DNA of 64,000 nucleotides from Malacoraja senta (Eukaryota): assembly GCA_038087875.1 (NCBI GenBank), contig CM075989.1, positions 12,772,001 through 12,836,000 of the forward strand. Reading direction: 5' to 3'. Position 1 is the stretch's first letter, and the number at the start of each line of letters is the position of its first letter. Shown here one piece after another: positions 62,335 to 64,000 of this stretch. The notes under the pieces were generated by a model. The model was not told the origin of the DNA. It was given only the letters and a program-made list of their open reading frames with translations, and did not search any database. The translations under genes were made by a program, and so were the position numbers.

Positions 62335-62985
62335 CACGCAGTTTCACTAATACACACCACGGTCACACTGATTGATACACACTCAGTCTCTCACACACAC
62401 ACAGTCTCACTGATAAACATTCAGTCACACTAATACACACTCAAATCCCTGTCTCACGGTGCGAGTCCGCCCACGAGTGATCCCGAGTTTAAAACAAATC
62501 AAACTCGTGGTAATCACGTAGAATTAACGTAGCGGGAACGTCGGAACTCGTAACGCTAACGGCAGGTGCTCGGGAAACTTGTTAACTCGTGAAAATCTTT
62601 CAACATGATGAAAGCTTTCCACGAGTCAAATTTTACTCTTGAAGTAAACATTTTAAACGTTTAAACTCGTTGTAAGAACGTAGTAGCCCATGAATTTTCT
62701 GTAGTGACTCGTGAGTCTACCGTGGGCACTCTTTAACTCAGCGGGACAGGCAGTATCTCTGGAGAGAAGGAATGGGTGACGGGATGACGTTTCCAAAATT
62801 CTGCTGCGTCTTTGTGTTACTCCAGCACCGTGTGTTCCCTTTTTGTCTCTGACTCCCACGTAGTCTCATTGGTACACACTCACTCTCACTCACACACACA
62901 GTCTCACTGATACACACTCAGTCTCACTGACTCGCGCTCACAGTTTCACTGACTCGCACTCAGTCTCACTCACACTGACTCATAC
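62335..62985. repeat. CA-rich (cacactcagtctcactga-like) minisatellite interrupted by a CpG-rich MITE-like segment (~62446-62732) and a PLE terminal repeat (~62735-62835)
   Basis: The same repeat unit occurs at 62335-62445 and 62860-62985. The insert has repeated aactcgt/acgagt motifs and starts ccctgtctcacggt, similar to the Harbinger-like TIR at 7983. Confidence 0.6.
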
Positions 62986-63102
62986 AGGCGACCGGAGCAT
63001 TGGAAGCCGTCTGCTTGTAGTTACCACTCAGTCTGCCGTCTGGCCCTTGGACGGGGAGGGGAGAAGCCGGTGCCGCCGGGTCGGGGGGAGGCCCGCACTC
63101 AC

Positions 63103-64000
63103 CTTGACGCCGTGGAGCATGGACATCACTTTGACCACGTTGCTGTTGTTGGTGACCTGGCGCTTGAACCAATGCTCCATCTCGCCGTTGTACTTCATGA
63201 AGCCCACGTAGGCCAGGTAGGCGAGCAGCAGGCACAGGCTCTCCCACCAGCAGATCATGTTGTCCAGGAAGAAGACGATGAGCATCAGCAGGTCCACGAT
63301 GTAGAAGGAGACGTCGCGGAAGAGCGGCCACCAGCTGAGGTAAAGGATCTCCCGGGAGACGATGGCGCACATGCCGATGACGAAGAGGATGTTGAAGACG
63401 GCCGAGCCCACGATGGTGCCGATGCCCACGTTGCTGTGCGAGATGAAGACCCCGATGAGGGAGGTGAAGAGTTCCGGCGCCGAGCCCCCGGCGGCCATGA
63501 AGGTCGCTCCCGCCACGTCGTCCGAGATCTTCAGCCTCTCTATGATCGCTCCCAGGGACGGCACGAAGAACTCATCACACACCAGCGCCAGCGCGATGAA
63601 CATGTAGACCATGCCCGTCACATGGAGAAGCACCCAGCCCTGCCGCCGCTCCTCCATGCTGAATAAATCCACCGGGTAGGCGCTCCTGGTGTGGACGGGG
63701 GGAGGCTCCCCGCTGCCGCCCGGTGCCTCGCTGCTGCCCGGCGTGAAGGCTGCCATCGTGGGCGCCGGCACGATCTCGTTGCCCACCAGGATACATCCCC
63801 TCAGTCTGGGCTTCTCCGACGGGGCCGGTTCACTGCTGGTGGCGGCGGCGCTGGTCTGGTTGGGAGGAGCCAAGGTAGGAGGGGGCCAGTTGTTGGAGTC
63901 TCTGGTTAACGAGTTGTTGGAGCCGAGGATCCCTGGCCGAGGGCTCTTGGTCCCGGTGAGACCGGGGTTGGGGGTGCTAGTCCCGTGGGGGCCGGGATGG
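63103..64000 (-). CDS. SLC24A1: SLC24A1 large coding exon (partial; extracellular Pro/Thr/Ser-rich loop, TM1-5, alpha-1 repeat)
   Basis: [19 protein letters not shown]...[49 protein letters not shown]...[11 protein letters not shown]. The frame stays open to the window edge. Donor AAG|gtgagt. Confidence 0.97.

Noticed and set aside
63070-63666. 198-aa antisense ORF over SLC24A1
   Set aside because: Shadow of extreme GC3 codon usage on the coding strand; no independent evidence.
63103-64000. Assignment as SLC24A2 (cone NCKX2), with DENND4C as partner
   Set aside because: The long Pro/Thr/Ser-rich extracellular region, [15 protein letters not shown] and PLSLEWPETRRKQ fit NCKX1. The partner's C-terminus FGEPYL fits DENND4A.

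Overview
Eukaryotic (vertebrate) genomic DNA, almost certainly a cartilaginous fish and probably a skate or ray. The species call is an inference from the HE1-type SINE and the CR1/Rex1/Penelope repeat set. Two spliced genes converge tail-to-tail. On the + strand is the 3' part of DENND4A: 14 coding exons from 2865 to the stop at 30576, with GT-AG boundaries and consistent reading phase. On the - strand is SLC24A1/NCKX1, the rod Na+/Ca2+-K+ exchanger: 9 coding exons from the large exon running off the window end to the stop at 39177. This is the same adjacent gene pair as in human. Most ORFs in the supplied track are spurious or repeat-derived. Introns and the intergenic gap contain CR1 and Rex1 LINE fragments, Penelope-like (PLE) remnants, a near-full-length defective DD34E Tc1 transposon, two MITEs and a probable solo LTR. 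The most interesting observations are: (1) short non-coding PLE-derived insertions, several of them fold-back, with 14-16 bp target-site duplications and minimal hammerhead-ribozyme cores (retrozyme-like); (2) a candidate unannotated, phase-compatible alternative exon in the NCKX1 cytoplasmic loop, followed by a dense YCAY (NOVA-type) cluster; (3) a candidate extra in-frame cassette exon in DENND4A; (4) an extreme GC3/CpG discontinuity in the large NCKX1 exon. No prokaryotic-type systems such as CRISPR or operons are present. Exon calls were made by eye from splice signals, phase and remembered homology, without database searches.
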